Positions 62,501 to 64,000 of a stretch of 64,000 nt of DNA are shown here, piece after piece. Both the position numbers and the translations under genes were made by a program. Numbering within the stretch: position 1 is the stretch's first letter; every line of letters starts with the position of its first letter. Origin of the DNA: Azolla caroliniana (Eukaryota; Plantae; Polypodiophyta); NCBI GenBank assembly GCA_043228905.1, contig JBHGNT010000009.1:6882001-6946000 (forward strand), written 5' to 3'. The notes under the pieces are model-generated. The model worked only from the letters and a program-made list of their open reading frames with translations. It was not told where the DNA came from and searched no databases.

Positions 62501-64000
62501 GCTAGAAAAATGTAGCTTTGACTGCAAGCAAGTGGAATTTCTAGGCTACGTCATCTCCTCAAAGGGCATCGCCATGGATCTAGCTAAAGTCCAAACTGTA
62601 CTAGAGTGGCAAATTCCACGGTCGGTACGAGATGTACAATGTTTTCTAGGTTTTGCTAACTTCTACCGTAAGTTTATACAGGATTACTCGAAGATTATCC
62701 TACCCCTCACATAACTTACGAAGAAGGGCCAAGCATTTCTTTGGTCCATTGAAGCAGATATGGCTTTTCGGCATCTTAAGAAAGCCTTTACATCAACACC
62801 GATTCTAGCTCATGTGGATACTAGCAAACCATTCATCATGGAGGCCGATGCTTCAGATTTCGCCCTCGGTAGCATCCTTTCTCAACAAGGAGATAAAGAA
62901 GAGTTGCATCCGGTGGCTTTCCATTCACGCAAATTCGATGTTGCGGAAATCAACTAAGAAATACATGACAAGGGTTATTAGCCATCGTGGATTCATTTGT
63001 GCAATGGCGGCATTTCTTAGAGGGCTCTCCACATCAGGTCGTTGTCTTTAGTGATCATAAAAATCTTGCTTATTTCTAGAACGCTCGCGTACTAAATCGA
63101 CGACAAGCTTGGTGGGCGCAATTCCTCACGCGTTTCGACTTCAAAATCACATATCGACCGGGGAAGCAACAATTCCTCACGTGTTCATATCTTGCACCTC
63201 GTCCTGGTGATCCAACATTTGATAATCAAAAGCAAGTAATCTTGGGACCAACACGATTGCACACGACGCGGATTTTTCACACCCCGTTGGATTCACGAAT
63301 TACATTTGACATACGTGCAAACTTGAAGAGGGATAGTTTTGCTCAAGACATCCTGGTGCACATTGATACTTCTCGGGCATCCTGTTCTCAGTCTCAACAA
63401 CCAGGTATTGACTACCGACAATTCGAATATCATGATGGTTTGTTATTCTTTAAAAAGCGCGTATATGTCCCCGATTGCTCCTGTCGCCTTCAAATCGTCC
63501 AGCATTGTCACAACACCCATACGGCGGGACATTTCGGTAGTACAAAGACGTTGGAGCTAGTGCAACGATCTTTTTGGTGGCCCCACATGCGCCGTTTTGT
63601 CGACGACTACGTTCGGACCTGTGATGCTTGCTGCCGAGCAAAGATGCCACGACACCATCTATATGGCTTGTTGGAACCCTTTACCGATTCCAAGTAAGCC
63701 GTGGCAGTCTATTTGTCTTGATTTTATCATAGATCTGCCGGTCTCGCAGGGGTTCGATGCTATCTTAACCATCGTCGATCGATATATGAAGATGACACAT
63801 TTTGTTCCGTGTACTAAGGCCATCACTAGCGAGGAAACCGCCGCCCCAGTCATGCGTGAGGTATTTCGGCATCATGGCCTCCCAGACAGTATCATCAGTG
63901 ACCGAGGACCGCAATTTGTTTCCAAATTTTGGCAGCATCTCTTCAAGATTCTCAAGGTCTCTTGCAACCTCTCCTCCGACTACCATCCTCAGACCGATGG
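59596..64000 (+). mobile_element. Tcn1/Tf1-like Ty3/gypsy element: 5' LTR 59596-60016, self-priming-type PBS, gag 60091-61248, pol from ~61245 to window end; disrupted
   Basis: LTR TGTCA...TGACA; gag KFDGTRSQFRGFLNQV...SALAWF; PR LLDSGANSCFM; [45 protein letters not shown]; RH ADASDF; INT GHFG...CDAC, SDRGPQF, YHPQTDG; multiple stops and frameshifts. Confidence 0.93.
61236..61290 (+). promoter_or_regulatory. Putative -1 ribosomal frameshift signal (G UUA AAC + stem/pseudoknot) at the gag-pol junction
   Basis: Heptamer 61236-61242 in gag frame; 6-nt spacer; 11-bp stem 61249-61259/61270-61280; loop TAGG can pair with CCTA 61287-61290; pol is in the -1 frame. Confidence 0.8.

Overview
Eukaryotic, intron-containing plant genomic DNA. 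The mix of retroelement lineages suggests a seed-free vascular plant, probably a fern (inference). Four host genes can be spliced by eye with canonical GT-AG introns: (1) the 5' half of a BAT1-type amino-acid permease (minus strand, runs off the window start); (2) a POLLENLESS3/MS5/TDM1/SDI1-family TPR protein with a long Ser-rich tail (12632-15949); (3) a 10-exon SAM + coiled-coil + PH-like protein (22072-27868); (4) a 3-exon secreted RGF/GOLVEN/CLEL peptide-hormone precursor ending in DYSSPKTHPPKNN (40225-41980), which the ORF track shows only in part. The rest is AT-rich decayed TE debris plus a nested LTR-retrotransposon stack at 43.7-64 kb: a young full-length copia inside another copia's LTR, a Tat-like piece, a tRNA-Trp-primed non-chromoviral gypsy, and a Tcn1/Tf1-like gypsy. 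The most interesting signals are RNA-level: two -1 frameshift cassettes (slippery heptamer, 6-nt spacer, pseudoknot), a Tf1-style self-priming PBS, and an antisense tRNA-like (A/B-box) module at the start of an LTR. The GTTAAAC cassette and the B-box also survive in an older decayed copy at 18-20 kb.
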